64,000 bases of DNA from positions 8,486,164 through 8,550,163 of the forward strand of contig NC_057720.1 of assembly GCF_004010195.1 (NCBI RefSeq). The letters are read 5' to 3'. Positions 36,173 to 49,455 of the stretch are shown here, piece by piece. The notes beneath the pieces were generated by a model that saw nothing but the letters and a program-made list of their open reading frames with translations, ran no database searches and was not told the DNA's origin. How positions within the stretch are numbered: position 1 is the first letter of the stretch; each line of letters begins with the position of its first letter. Position numbers and translations under genes: made by a program. The stretch is from Chiloscyllium plagiosum (taxonomy: Eukaryota).

Positions 36173-38289
36173 GAACTTACAGTTTCCCCAACCCTGCCAT
36201 ATTTGAAGTAGGATTCCTGATATGTCTTACTCTCTTTTAGTTTCCTGGATTTTCAAACTGTACTGACTTCCCTGAACCCTCTCTCCCCCTCTTTACAAGT
36301 TGGAAGTCTTTGTGACCACCTCCTTTCTGCCAGGACATTGGTCCCAGGTAGTTTCAGGTGAAGCCCATCCCAGCTGCACAGTCCCTTCCTGTCCCAATAC
36401 TGAAGCAAATGCCCCACAAAATGGACCCCCTCAACATGATCATGGCTGATTATCTAATCCAGTACCTAATTCCCAGTTTCTCCCTGTATCTTTTGATCCC
36501 TTTAGCCCTGAGAACTCTTTCTTGAAAATATTCAACATTTCAACATCAACTGTGTTCTGTGGTACAGAATTCCACAGGCTCACTACTCTCTGAGTGAAGA
36601 AATTTCTCCTCATCTCAGTCCCAAATGGCACACCCTGTATCCTTAGACTGTGGACCCCACCCCAAATTTGGGACTCCCCAGTCATTAGGAACATCCTTCT
36701 TCCATTGACTCTGTATAGTCCTGTCAGAATTTTATAGAGGTGTATGATATCACCCCTCATTCTTTGAAACTAAACATAGTCCTACCTGATCCATTCTCTC
36801 TTCATATGTCAGTCCTGCTATCCTAGGAATCAGTCTGGTCAATCTTTGTTGAACTCCCTCCACAATCAGAAAATCCATTTCATATACTGTGACAATAATT
36901 GTCTTTGAACGTTTATCGGTTGTGAAGTACTTTGGAATGACAAGATCATGTAGAGATACATATTAATTCGTTTCTAAACAGGGTTGAGTGGTGAGCACTT
37001 AAGCCCCACAACACAGCTTCAGAGAACGAAATATGCATGAGCAATGACACAAGCAATCCTGCAAAAGTCAATAACTTTTGTTTAATATCGTTCTGAGAGT
37101 CGTCTGCTTTTGGCTTTTGTTGCTTTCTCTTTCACATGGTTTCACAAATCAATATTTTTCATCTTAATCAGAGTTTATCTGTGGGCTTCCATCCTTAATC
37201 AGACCATAAGACAAAGGCCCCAGCAGTGGGCTATACAACCCATCGAGTCTGCTCCACCATTCAATAAGGTCTGATTAACATCAAATCCACCTTCCTGCCT
37301 GTTTCCTAAAAAAAAAATCACATTACAGGACCATCCTTCCATTTTGCAATAAAAGCTAAATGATGAAGGGCTGTTCAACAGAGGATTGGCATTCTGCTTT
37401 GCTGATTTCCAGGCCAAGCATTGTTGAAAGTTCCTCAAGACTCTCACTCCACGTGTTCAGTTGGACCTGAAAGTCCCCAAGAAATACAAGCTCCTGCCAT
37501 CTTTTTGATCATCACATTCAGACCAATACAACTAAAGGCGGTATCCATGACGGCTTTGTGGGATAATCTTCTGACTACTAACTTAGAGACCCATGTAATA
37601 CCCTGTGACTCTCAGTGCAAATCCTGCCAAGGCAGACAGCGGAATTTAAATTCAATTTCTCTTTTGAAAAATGAAATCTGAAATTGAGTGTCTCGTGATG
37701 ACTATGAAGGACAACATATCTGACTCATTAATGCCCTTTAGGGAAGGAAACTGCCATCCTTACCCAGTCTGGATTACATGTGACTCCGGATCCACAACAA
37801 TATGGTTGACTCTTAACAGCCCTCTGGGCAATTAGGGATGGGCAATAAATACTGATCTGGCCAATGCCATGCACATCCATGAATGAATTAAAAAGGAGGC
37901 AAATTGATAATTCATCTTATTTGACCTTAGGTTTTGTCTTGTCATACATAAATTTGCTGGTGTTTTTTTGCCTACAGGGCAGCCCCTGGGCTGCAAGTAT
38001 GAATTCCCTCAATGGAAAATACTTTGTGACATCCAGATGATTTGATAGGGCTTGGCACAAATTTTCCTCAGAAAATAGGACACACAAACGCGAATGAATT
38101 ATTATTGAAATATTTGTGCACGCACACACACATCATAAATTCATAACCCAAACATGCACATACATTTGTACACAGACACACACACACCCTCAAATACACC
38201 CACTAACCCACACACAGACACACACACAATTATAGATGAAATAATTTTAAAACTAGTGTTGTTCTCCCTAATGTTATGGCAAATAAGAA

Positions 38290-38490
38290 GCCTTCAACCA
38301 ACTTTGCTGAAACAGATTATCCTGTCAATATCTCATTGCTGTAGTCGGGAACTTGCAAAGCATAAAATGACCTTTGTTTTCCTGCATTACAACAGTGATT
38401 ATACTCAAAAAAAAGGTTCATAGGTTGTAAGCTGCTTCAGGCCAATCTGATGGTGTGATTGGCATTCTAGAAATCGATATACATATAAAC
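38290..38490 (+). mobile_element. Deu-domain SINE 3' half
   Basis: cttcaaccaac..aaacagattatc..cattgctgt..cattacaacagtgattatact matches the recalled Deu/AmnSINE-like tail. Confidence 0.65.
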
Positions 38491-38650
38491 AATAAATAAC
38501 AGGGCACTGAGTCAATATATGTGCCTGCATATGTGTGTGTATGTCAATGTATACCTACTATCATCTAGATGGACAGGGCAACAGATTCTTGAGGACACCA
38601 CCCAACTCAAGAAGCCTGACACCATCCAGGGGGAAGTAGCCCACTTGATT

Positions 38651-38968
38651 GGCGGCATAGTGGCTCAGTGGTTAGCACTGCTGCCTCATCAGCGCCAGGG
38701 ACCTGGGTTCAATTCCAGCCTCGGGTGACTGTCAGTATGGAGTTTGCACATTCTCCCCCGTGTCTGCGTGGGTTTCCTCTGGGTGCTCTGGTTTCCTCCC
38801 ATAATCCAAAGATGTGCAGGTCAGGTGAATTGGCCATGCTAAATTACCCATAGTGTTCGGTGCATTAGTAGGGAGTAGGGAAATGGGTCTGGGTGGGTTA
38901 CTGTTCGGAGGGTCTGTCTGGACTTGTTGGGTCGAAGGGCCTGTTTCCACTCTGTTGGGAATCTAATC
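38651..38968 (+). mobile_element. HE1-type V-SINE, full length
   Basis: A box tggctcagtgg, B box ggttcaattcc, tail gaagggcctgtttccac..atctaatct. tgattggc is duplicated at the flanks. Confidence 0.95.
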
Positions 38969-39300
38969 TGATTGGCATCCTGTTCATCATCTTCAACACT
39001 CACTACTATGTGAGAAAGGCAATAACCACGGGCCTTTAGAGTGATGCTCATACCCCCATTAAGGAATATTATAAAGTGAGCATATGTTTTCAGCTGAGGG
39101 TGTGTGCATGTGCTGTTGGATAACTTAAATTAAAATACATCAATTGTAAAAGTGAGAAGCTATCTACAATTGGAGACAGATAACATTAAACTGCTTTCGA
39201 TGACATGATCAACTCTGCATCTTTTTTACTTCACTGTAAGTGACTGGACTTGCATTTACCTAAACTACTTCCTTAAAATTTTCTGCCATTTTACCTTTTT

Positions 39301-40226
39301 TTAGTAAGTTTGCAGATGACACCAAAATTGGAGGTGTAGTGGACAGTGAAGAGGGTTACCTCAGATTACAACAGGATCTGGACCAGATGGGCCAATGGGC
39401 TGAGAAGTAGCAGATGGAGTTTAATTCAGATAAATTCCAGGTGCTACATTTTGGGAAATCAAATCTTAGCAGGACTTAAACACTTAATGGGTTGATCCTA
39501 GGGAGTTTGCTGAACAAAGAGACCTTGGAGTGCAAGTTCATAGCCCCTTGAAAGTGGAGTCGTAGGTAGATAGGATAGTAAAGAGGTGTTTGGTATGCTT
39601 TCTTTTATTGGTGAGAGTATTGAGTACAGGAGTTGGGAGGCCATGCTGTGGCTGTACAGGACATTGGTTAGGCCACTGTTGGAATATTGCGTGCAATTTT
39701 GGTCTCCTTCCTATCGGGAAGATGTTGTGAAACTTGAAAGGGTTCAGAAAAGACTTACAAAGATGTTGCCAGGGTTGGAGGATTTGAGCTATAGGGTGAG
39801 ACTAAACAGGCTGGGGCTGTTTTCCCTGGAGCGTCGGAGGCTGAGTGGTGACCTTATAGAGGTTTACAAAATTATGAGGGGCATGGATAGGATAAATAGG
39901 CAAAGTCTTTTCCCTGGGGTCGGGGAGTCCAGAACTAGAGGGCATAGGTTTAGGGTGAGAGGAGAAAGATATAAAAGAGACCTAAGGGGCGACTTTTTCA
40001 CGCAGAGGGTGGTACGTGTATGGAATGAACTGCCAGAGGATGTGGTGGAGGCTCATACAATTGCAACATTTAAGAGGCATTTGGATGGGTGTATGAATAG
40101 GAAGGCATTGGAGGGATATGGGCCTGGTGCTGGCAGGTGGGACTAGATCGGGTTGGGATATCTGGTCGGCATGGATAGGTTGGACTGAAGGGTCTGTTTC
40201 TGTGCTGTTCATCTCTATGACTCTAT
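39301..40226 (+). mobile_element. CR1 (HER1-like) LINE, 5'-truncated, well preserved
   Basis: KFADDTK at the start; the 186-aa ORF 39586-40146 (LYRTLVRPLLEYCVQFWSP..) is the ORF2 C-terminus; tail ctctatgactctat. Confidence 0.95.
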
Positions 40227-40229
40227 ATA

Positions 40230-41135
40230 TTCTCCAAAAACATCCTCCAGCTGTAGCTTTGACTCTGCACTAGATCACATCCCTTAACTGATGTTTCTTG
40301 TTCTTCACTTGAATCATCTTCAGGTGATTTTTGACAGAAACATTTATTTGTTATATATCTAGAAAGATACATAAAAAAGTGTTTTGTCTCCACAATCCAT
40401 TGCTGTTGTGAGTTACAAAGAGATTGAAAGAAATTATATGAACAGAGTTCATCCTCTGTAGAAGGGGCCTTCAAACAGAGATCCAAGGCTTCTGCAAGGT
40501 CCTGGGGCTCAATAAGTCCCTGCTCCATATACAGCAATTACAGACCTGCCAAAAGTCTACATTTCATGAATACTGCAGCCAGGAGTCCCTGCCACAACCT
40601 CTGCCACAACCAACTGTTGCCATATCAATGCAGGATCCTGTTGTAATTTCAAAATTCCCCAGGCTGCTACTTGGTCCTCAGACCTCATGTCCAAACATCA
40701 TTCTCAACTTTTAAATGAGAGTTCGGCAAATGTTGGACAATCATTTAAAAAAGACTGAAACTTGCTCCAACCCTCTTGCAAAATGGTTGAGGCTGGGTTA
40801 CCTCCCTGTACATACCAGCCTGCAAACGTAACTCATCTAGTCTGAAGGGCGCTCTGCATTGTGTGTTACAACGGCACACACTGCAAGTAAGCAATCATTT
40901 ACTCCTGGCGTCTCCCTCAATGAAGATAAATGCTAAGCAAATTTCATGAACTTGAACAGTTTTCAACAGTTGTCAGGAGTTACTGATTACATACAAATAG
41001 GAAAAACACTGACATGTCAGTGGTCCAAGATTTATAAATCTCATGGGGATTGTGTTCCCTGAATAGCAGACAGCCTCTGATGTGGCTCATTGTTCTCAAG
41101 TGTTTTACAGCTTGTCTGCTGCCCATTTCATGTTA
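40230..41135 (-). pseudogene. Highly decayed DDE integrase-core transposase relic (IS3EU-like)
   Basis: Across frameshifts and stops the minus strand gives, in order: W..DKL, IRGC..YS, LLKTVQVHEIC, GDA-G-V..CLLA, MQSAL..FAGWYVQG.NPA..EGWSKF, YGAGTY, then the 40223-40537 ORF. This is collinear with a recalled family motif string (DKL..IHGCIDGYSR..AV..GCP..R.D.G.EN..MQ.FL..FAG...G.S.ANQRIE.WW). Manual alignment only. Confidence 0.45.
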
Positions 41136-41573
41136 TACTACCTTCCATTCCCCATTTCCCTGTCACAAACTAATTGCTAATTAACATGTTTGGCTGTTTC
41201 AAGACTGCTCAAGTGATTCCACCCTATTTAACATTTGGCTTCTTTTTTAGCATACGGGTGTTTGTTAACTACAAATGCAAATTATACCTGGAACAAAAGG
41301 CAATGCTTGCCCATTGACTACACACACCTGGGGCTCGGGGGAGGTAGAAATATTTCTTATTCACCACCCAGTCTACCATTCTGCTGCCCAACACCAAGAA
41401 AAAAACAGCAACAAAACTGGCAGATGAAAAGCGTTAATAATGTCAAAATATTGTGGATGCTGAATGTCTGAAACAAACACAGAAAATGCTAGAGCAACAA
41501 CAGTGGTTAGCACCCACAGCGCCAGGGGCCCAAGTTTGATTCCACCCATAGGAGATTGTGTGGAGTTTGCACG

Positions 41574-42245
41574 TATAGTGATTGCAACAAGGTCAGCAAG
41601 GTGGATATCATAGAATATGAGTTACCTGATTGGGGCTGTTAACCTGGCCCAATCAGGGAGTCCTGGCTGACAGATAAGAAAAAGAGTGTAGCTGGCTCTG
41701 AGGGAGCTGGATAAAAAAAAAATAGGGGTGTCAGATATCCTGTTCACTCTGAAAGCTAGCTCTGAGGGAGCTGGATCAAGCATTCTTGACGTGTAAATAA
41801 AGGGTGACTTGGTGATGGGATACTGGCCTCTGTGGAGTTATTTCAGAGTAAAATTGGATAGACGGCGACTTCATTAACCCAACTACAACTATCATTACTC
41901 TTGTCCTAAATTGATAGATAGCAAAGAAACCTTACCAAGGCCTTTTATTTTTAAATCTCAGTGACAGCAGACTGACCATATGATCTCAGTTCTGAGGAAG
42001 GATCACTGATTTCTCTTCACAGACGCTGTCAGTCCTGCTGAGATTTTCCAGCAATTTCTGTTTTTGCTTCAGAGACAGTAATGTGGGTTTGCTTCATAAA
42101 AAGAGAAAAAAAAGAAAAAGAGTGTCAGGAGTTCTCCTCACTCTAGAAGCCGGCTCTGAGGGAGCTGGATCAGTGTCATGTACAATACGCGTACAAATGA
42201 AGGGTGACATGGTGACAGGATACTAGCCTTCATGGAGTTACTTCA
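41574..42245 (+). mobile_element. LTR element remnant (LTR, ~260 bp spacer, partial LTR) inserted in an HE1 SINE
   Basis: LTR 41574-41845 (same family as 6327-6856, has aataaa, ends ..tttca). A second LTR 3' half ends at 42245. Flanks gcacg/gcagg; the SINE at 41502-41573 resumes at 42246. Confidence 0.7.
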
Positions 42246-42616
42246 GCAGGTTCTTCTCATCTCCGCTATGGTTTCTTCCATGTGCTCTAGTTCCATCACA
42301 CATTGCAAAGATGTGCAGGTTAGGTGGATTAGTCATGCTGAATTACCCCTGGTGTTGACAGGCTAGATGAATTAGCGATGGGAAAAACAGGATCACAAGG
42401 ATAGGGTATGGGTGTGAGTCTGGGTGGGATGCTCTTTGGAAGGTCAGCACACATTCAGTGGGTCAAATAGCCTCTGCACCAAAGCATTTGTATGATCCTG
42501 ACTTAAAGATCTGGCAGCATTTGTTGGTGGAGCAACAGAATTAATGTTTCAAGTCTGGTATAAATTTACTTCAAAACTTAAGCAGAAGAAGAATCATCTG
42601 GACTCAAAACAATAAT

Positions 42617-44527
42617 TTAAAGAAAATCCCAAAGCATTTTATTCTTATATAAGAAGCAAACGGGTAACTAGAGAAAGGATTTGTCCACTAGAAGATGATG
42701 AAGGAAGGCTGTGTACCGAACCTGAGAGTCTGGGTCAGATTCTGAATGATTACTTTGCATCAGCGTTCACTGACGAGAGGAACATGCTGAATCTTGAGAT
42801 TAGAGATAGAAGTTTGATTAGTCTGGATCACGTTGGCATAAGTAGGGAAGATGTGTTGGGTATGTGAGAGGTTATTAAGGTGGACAAATCCCCAGGACAG
42901 GATGGGATATATCCCAGGTTGCTGAGGGAGGCGAGAGAGGAAATAGCTGGGGCCCTGACAGATATCTTTGTGGCATCCTTAAATACAGGTGAGGTGCCGG
43001 AGGACTGGAAGGTTGCTCATGTTGTCCCCCTGTACAAGAAGGATAGTAGGGATATTTCGGGTAACTACAGACCAGTGAGCCCAACATCGGTCTGGGGAAG
43101 TTACTGGAGAGGGTACTGAGAGATAGGGTCTGTTTATATTTAGAAAAGAATGAGCTTATCAGTGATAGGCAACATGGTTTTGTGCGGGGGAGATCGTGCC
43201 TTACCAACTTAATAGAGTTCTTCGAGGAAGTGACCAAGTTGTTAGATGAAGGAAGGGCAGTTGATGTCATATACATGGACTTTTAGTAATGCATTTGATA
43301 AGGCTCTCCATTGTAGACTAATGGAGAAAGTGAAGTCACATGGTGTGCAGGGTGTTCTAGCTAGATGGATAAAGAACTGGTTGAGCAACAGGAGACAGAG
43401 AGTAATAGTTGAAGGGCGTTTCTCGAAATGGAGAAAGGTGACCAGTGGTGTTCCACAGGGATCAGTGTTGGAGCCGCTGTTGTTTGTAATATACATAAAT
43501 GATCTGAAAGAGGGCACTGTTGTTATGATCAACAAGTTTACAGATAACATGAAGATTGGTGGAGTAGCAGAAAGCATAAGGGACTGTCAGAGAATACAGG
43601 AGGATATAGATAGACTGGAGAGTTGGGCGGAAAAGTGGCAGATGGCTTTCAATCCAGACAAATGTGAGGTGATGCATTTAGGCAAGACTAATTCTACAGT
43701 GAATTATGCAATAAATGGAAGAGCCTTGGGAAAAGTTGATGGGCAGAGAAATCTGTGAGTGCAGGTCCATTGTACCCTGAAGGTTACTGCACAGGTGGAT
43801 AGAGTGGTCAAGAAGGCATATAGTATGCTTGCCTTCATTGGATGGAGTATTGAGTATAAGAGCTGGCAAGTCATGTTAAAATTGTACAAGACATTGGTTC
43901 AGCTGCATTTAGAATACTGTGTACAGTTCTGGTTGCCACATTACCAAAAGGATGTGGACGCTTTGAAGAGGGTGCAGAGAAGGTTTATGAGGATGTTGGA
44001 TTCTGGATCAATGGTGCTGGAAGAGCACAGCAATTCAGGCAGCATCGAGGAGCTGTGTTGCCTGGTATGGAAGGTGGGAGCTATGAAGAGAGGTTGAGTA
44101 GGTTAGGTTTATTTTCACTGGAAAAAAAGAGATTGAGGGGGGACCTGATTGAGGTTTACAAAATCATGAAGGGTATAGACAGGGTTGATAGAGACAAGCT
44201 TTTTCCCAGTGTGAAGGATTCAATAACGAGAGATCATGCTTTCAAGGTGAGAAGTGGAAGGTTTAAGGGGGATACACACAGCATGTACGTCACACAGAGG
44301 GTGGTGGGTGTTTGGAACACATTGCCAGCAGAGGTAGTAGAGGCAGGCACGGTAGATTCATTTAAGATGCGTTTGGACAGATGTATGAGTAGGTGGGGAG
44401 CAGAGGGATACAAATGCTTAGGAGTTGACCAACAGGTTTAGAGAGTACATTTGGATTGGCTCAGGCTTGGAGGGCCGAAGGGCCTGTTCCCAGGCTGTAA
44501 ATTTTATTTTTTCTTTGTTCTTTGTTT
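42617..44527 (+). mobile_element. CR1 LINE, 5'-truncated, ~1.9 kb with frameshifted RT
   Basis: DKSPGQDGIYPRLLRE, GNYRPVS, AFDK, GVPQGSVLEPLLFVIYINDL, LEYCVQFW; (TCTTTGT)-type tail. A small PLE fragment is inserted at ~43999-44055. Confidence 0.95.
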
Positions 44528-46039
44528 AATAACTCTGTTTCTCTGTCCACAGATGCTGCTGGACTGGCTGAGATTGTCCAGCATCCTCTATTTTGATTTT
44601 TGATTAGGTACACTAATCTGACTAGGTCTGACTTGTCTTGTGTACTTCAAAGTTATGTTCAGTCTGACCAAGATGTTCATTTCTAAATATTGGAAGTGTT
44701 TTTTTTACTGTTTTTTTGCCTTCTAGGTAGCCTCTCCATCCAACATTTTGTCCATTGGCATTGTTGCTCAAGCCTATGTAACAAAGGAGCAGAATTAGGC
44801 CAATCTGCCCATCAAGTCCACTCCACCATTCAATGAGATCATGGCTGACCTGATAATTCTCAACTCCACTTTCCTGCCTTTCCCTCTTACTCCTTGAATA
44901 CCCTTCCTGATTAAAAATCTGTCAATCTCAACCTTGAATATACTTAATGATTTAGCCTCTACAGCCATCTCTGGTAAAGAATTCCATAGACTCATAGCCC
45001 TCTGAGAGAAGACATTTGGTTACATGGGCAGCCTCAACTTGCAAACAGTTCAATCATTTCCTTGCCTTGGATAACCGTTTTCCATGGATAACCATTTTGC
45101 CAATGCACATTCATTGGTACATAAGAGTTGACCATTTAACCCTTAAGACTGTTTCATCTCTCAGTGAGATCATGGTGATCTGTGAGCCAACTGCATCTAC
45201 CTGCCTCTATCCCCTGTAGTTTTGGTTAACAAGAATCTATCAAACTCAGATTTGAAATGGACGAACATCCAGTTCCACTCTGGGAGTTGAGTCCCAAAAT
45301 ATTACCAATACTTTCTTCACAGAGATTTTTCTTAACTTAGCTCCTGAATGAAGTGGTTCGTATTTCTTGACTGCATGTGTTACTTTCATCTTCCCTCCCC
45401 AACCACTGAAATAACTTCACATTCTCTCCATCCCATCAGATCCTCTTAACATTTTGAAAGTTGGATCTAATCACCTCTTAAACTTTCAAGATCCATCTGA
45501 GTTTATGCAATTTCTGCTCGAAAATTACTCTTAGAATCTAGATATTGTTTTAAATATAAGGGCCAGCATTCCACCAGCCTGTGTGATTATTTCCTGCACC
45601 TATCCAAAACAATTTAACAAACAATGGACACAGATTCCTATTGCCCTTTGGATGAATGCTGTATGAAACTTTTCCCCATTTATAAATACGACAGATCAGC
45701 TTACCTTCGTCACATTGAACATTAATAAAACTGATCAGCCTCTGTATGGAGTTCCAACAACAACTTCCATCCACTTAATGTCTTTAACAAGGCACCCAAC
45801 AGATGCATCATCATCAGGAAGTACATATTGGGCCAAAGGAGGAGTGACTGATGGTTCGGTCAACAGGGAGGGATTTTAGTTGGAGGGAAGCTTGTAAGTG
45901 GTGACTTAGACACAAAAGCAGAAGGTTTTGGCTGAAGAACTTCAGTGTGTTGAGTCTAAGTGATGGAACTCTGATGATACAACGAAGGAATAAGGACGGT
46001 ATGAAAGTCAAGTTTCAGCGGGAAGAACAGCTCAATTAA

Positions 46040-46645
46040 AGAGTTAGCAAACCATGTTACAGCTGTATAAAACCCCTGTCAGGCTGTATTTGGAGTATTG
46101 TGTACAGTTTTGATCGCCACACTGCCAGAAGGAGGTGGAAGCTTTGGAGAGAGTGCAGAGAAGGTTCACAAGGATGTTGCCTGGTCTCGAGGGTGTTGGC
46201 TATGAGGAAAGGTTAAAAAGACTAGAATCGTTTTCACTGGAAAGACAGCGATTGAGAGGAGACCTGACAGAGGGCTACACAATTATGAAAGGCATTGATA
46301 GAGTGGATAGTCAGAGGCTTTTTTCCCAGGGTTGAAGTTTCAATTACAAGGGGGCACATGTTTGAAGTGAGAGGGGGAATGTTTAAGGGAGAGGTGTGAG
46401 GAAAGGTTTTCAGGCAGAAAGTAGTAGCACTCTGGTCTGCACTGCCAGAAGAGATGGTGGAAGCAAGCACATTGATGACATTTAAAAGACATCGGGATGG
46501 TTCTGTGAATAATGAGGGCGTAGAGGAAGGAGGAGTAATTAAGGATAGAAAGTTCGTGTTTTAGTTTAATTTGGGGCATGATGATCTGCTTGGAGGTCCG
46601 GAGGGCCTGTTCCTGTGCTGTACTTCTCTTTTGAACTTTGTTCTG
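46040..46645 (+). mobile_element. CR1 3' portion nested in an L2 fragment
   Basis: EALERVQRRFTRMLPGLEGVGYEERL. Minus-strand L2-like sequence flanks it at ~45780-46020 and ~46650-46750. Confidence 0.85.
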
Positions 46646-48714
46646 AAGTTGGAAAAAAGATGAGAGGGGTGATGGGATTTCAGAAGAAATTTAAACTAGA
46701 GGCATTTTAGAGATTGGAACCCAATGTAAGTCAGGTATAACAAATAAAAATGTGTGACTTGCATCAGGATTGTCCCACTTTTGGTCAGAAGTTTCCAGGA
46801 GGGAAACACTGAGATAAAGAACCCCCACTGGGTGGTCCAGCAATCAGACTGTTTCAAAATAAGGGGCAGCCCATTGAAAAAGATGAGATGAGGTGACAGT
46901 TTTCTCTCATGGGCCTGTGGATCTTTGGAAGTGTTTGCCTCACAAAGCATGGGAGCAGAGTCTTTGAATACTTACAATGCAGATTTTCTTGTTAAGGAAG
47001 AGTGTGAAAGATTATCGGTGTAAGGCAGGAATTTGGGCACGTGCTTGTAATCAGACCCAGCCATGATTTTATTGACGAGGAGAGAGAGCATGCTTAAGGG
47101 CTGAATGGCCTTTTCCTGCTCCATGTTTAGTATGTTTGTATGACCTTTAGACTTGTGTATTATCTGCACAACAACCTGCTGATAGTGAACATCAATAACA
47201 AGTTATAAAACTAAGTGTACTAAACTGATTAACTTAGTGTCCTGCCCCCTGACAGGAAGTGAGCAATTAATTGTTATCAATAAGACCCTTCAAGGAAGAG
47301 AATTTGTGCTGAAACGTTAGCAGTGATCAGTTCGCCTCTCAATCTCCTGACTTCTAATGACTAGTTTACACAAGTCATTTGTTATGTCCAGTCCCTCCAT
47401 AAATCAATTTGATTGCTCTTTCCTGTGTTAACTACCATGTATTTTTTGTACTCAGAGTTCAAAATGTGATTGGAGCAATAATTTCAAACGTAGCAGGATT
47501 ACGTCAGTGTCTCTGTTCAGTATTGATCCTTGAACAGGTGTGCTTTGCTTTGCCCTCTGCTGCTGAGTGCATCACTTCTTTCTTAATCTGGACCAGTTGA
47601 TGTCTTTCATTGTCCTGACAGAAATTTAAGACAGTTGATAGAAGAATCAGAGGCAACGTGAGGAAGTATTGGACTGGTGGGTTGGCAAGAAGGGGCAAGA
47701 CCATAAGACAATTATATTTAGGTCACAGAAGTAGGCCATTCAGCCCATCTAGTCAGCTCTGCCATTCAATGAAATTGTGGCTGATCTGATAATCCTTGAC
47801 TCCACTTTCCTACCTTCTCCCTGTTAGACTTTCGTCCATCCATAAAATGCTATGGGAGACACGTCTGTCACTTTCCCATCTCCCATGTTCCTTGCTGCAA
47901 TTTTACCAGCGGTGGGACAGCTACCAGGAGTCTGATTAATCATCTCCGCACAGCAATCTTCTTATCCTTTTCTCCTTGCAATTTTTAAGAAAGAAATGAA
48001 CATCGAATACTCATCATAAATTCTCCATGAAGTACATACAAGATGAGGAAGTTGTCTGGTATCAACAGAGCCAGTGATGTTGTGGTTGTGGTACTGACTG
48101 ATACCCCAGTGGTCATGAGTTTACATTTCAGTCATCAGTGATACACCCTCTAATTTGTTGAGAGTAGATGGGTGGTCTATTTAACTTTGAGTTCTCTAAT
48201 GGAAATTTAAAACTTCTCAACTTGTCATCGTTAGTATTTAACAAACACCAGAGAAGGTCCAGGTCAAGTGTCCAGGCAAATAGTTTCCACCATCTGGGCT
48301 GGTGCTCAGTAAGGTGTTGTGGGTTTAAGACCACAAGAAATAGGAACTGGAGTAGACCATTTGGCCCTGCGGGCCTGTTCTGCCACTCAATAAGCTCATG
48401 GCTGATATGATATTACCTTAACCCTACATGCAGGGAAATACACAAGAGGTCCTTCGCAACAATACTTACTGTTGATGACAGCAGCCTGAAACAACTCAGC
48501 AAATCCCCCGGCTCATCAACAAACCCAGAGACAATCCATTGAATCTATCAACTAAGAACCTGACAGTGGTTAAGGATCTCCTGTCTGGTGGTGGTGTGGG
48601 GCTTATCTGAAGCTGCTCATCACATATTTCATTGTTTGTGTTTCAGAAAAGGCTTCATGTCAATTATTGAACTCAAAAGGGGATATACTTGCACTTATAC
48701 CACCTTTATCCAAA

Positions 48715-49010
48715 TATCATAGAATCCCTGCAGCGTGGAAGCAGACCATTCAGCCCATTAAGTCCACATTGACTCTCCAAAGAGCATCCCACTGGCTCTC
48801 CCCTATCCTGACCCTGGTTCATCTGGACATCAGGTGCACTTTAGCACGACCAATTCACACCTAGGCTGCACAGCTTTGGGTGGGAGGAAACCGGAGGAAA
48901 TCCACACAGATATGGGGAAAATGTGCAAACTCCACAGACAGTCGCCCAAGAGTGGAAATGAGCCCAGGTCGCTGGCACTGTGAGGCAGAATTGCTAACCA
49001 CTGTGCCGCA
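48715..49010 (-). mobile_element. HE1-type V-SINE
   Basis: Same head and core as the other copies. Confidence 0.85.
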
Positions 49011-49149
49011 GACCTCCTCAAAGTGGCATCCATCAGTGTCAGATATACTGGAGATGTTCCTGTGTGGTTTGGTGCCATTTTGAAAATGAGGCAGCACCAA
49101 AGAACAGCAAAGGCAGTGGACCCATGGAACCACCTGCAAGTTCCCCTCT

Positions 49150-49455
49150 AAGCCTATAGTGTGGAAACAGGCCCTTTGGCCCAACAAGTCCACATCGACA
49201 ATCCGAAGAGTAACACATCCAGACCCATTCCCTACATTTAACCCTGACTAATGCACCTAATCTATACATTCCCCAAAACTATGGGCAGTTTAGCATGGCC
49301 AGTTCACTTAGCCTGCACGTCATTGGATTGTGGTAGGAAACCCACGCAGACACGGGGAGACTGTGCCAACTCCATGCAGTCACCTGAGGTTGGAATCGAA
49401 AATGGCTCCCTGGCGCTGTGAGGCAGCAGTGCTAACCACTGAGCCACCGTACCAC
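49150..49455 (-). mobile_element. HE1-type V-SINE nested in a LINE family B tail
   Basis: Reverse complement ggtggctcagtggttagcactgctgcctcacagcgccaggg. Confidence 0.9.

Noticed and set aside
37978..37996. 19-nt microexon (cctacag|...|gtatga)
   Set aside because: Not frame-preserving, moderate donor, no other support.
38651..38725. tRNA gene
   Set aside because: The A/B boxes belong to the HE1 SINE head; no complete cloverleaf, and the SINE body follows.
39586..40146. 186-aa ORF (and 57525-58157, 43246-43758) as host genes
   Set aside because: CR1 ORF2 fragments within truncated copies that have upstream stops or frameshifts.
48470..48485. 16-nt minus-strand microexon with GTAAGT donor
   Set aside because: Poor pyrimidine tract and not a multiple of three.
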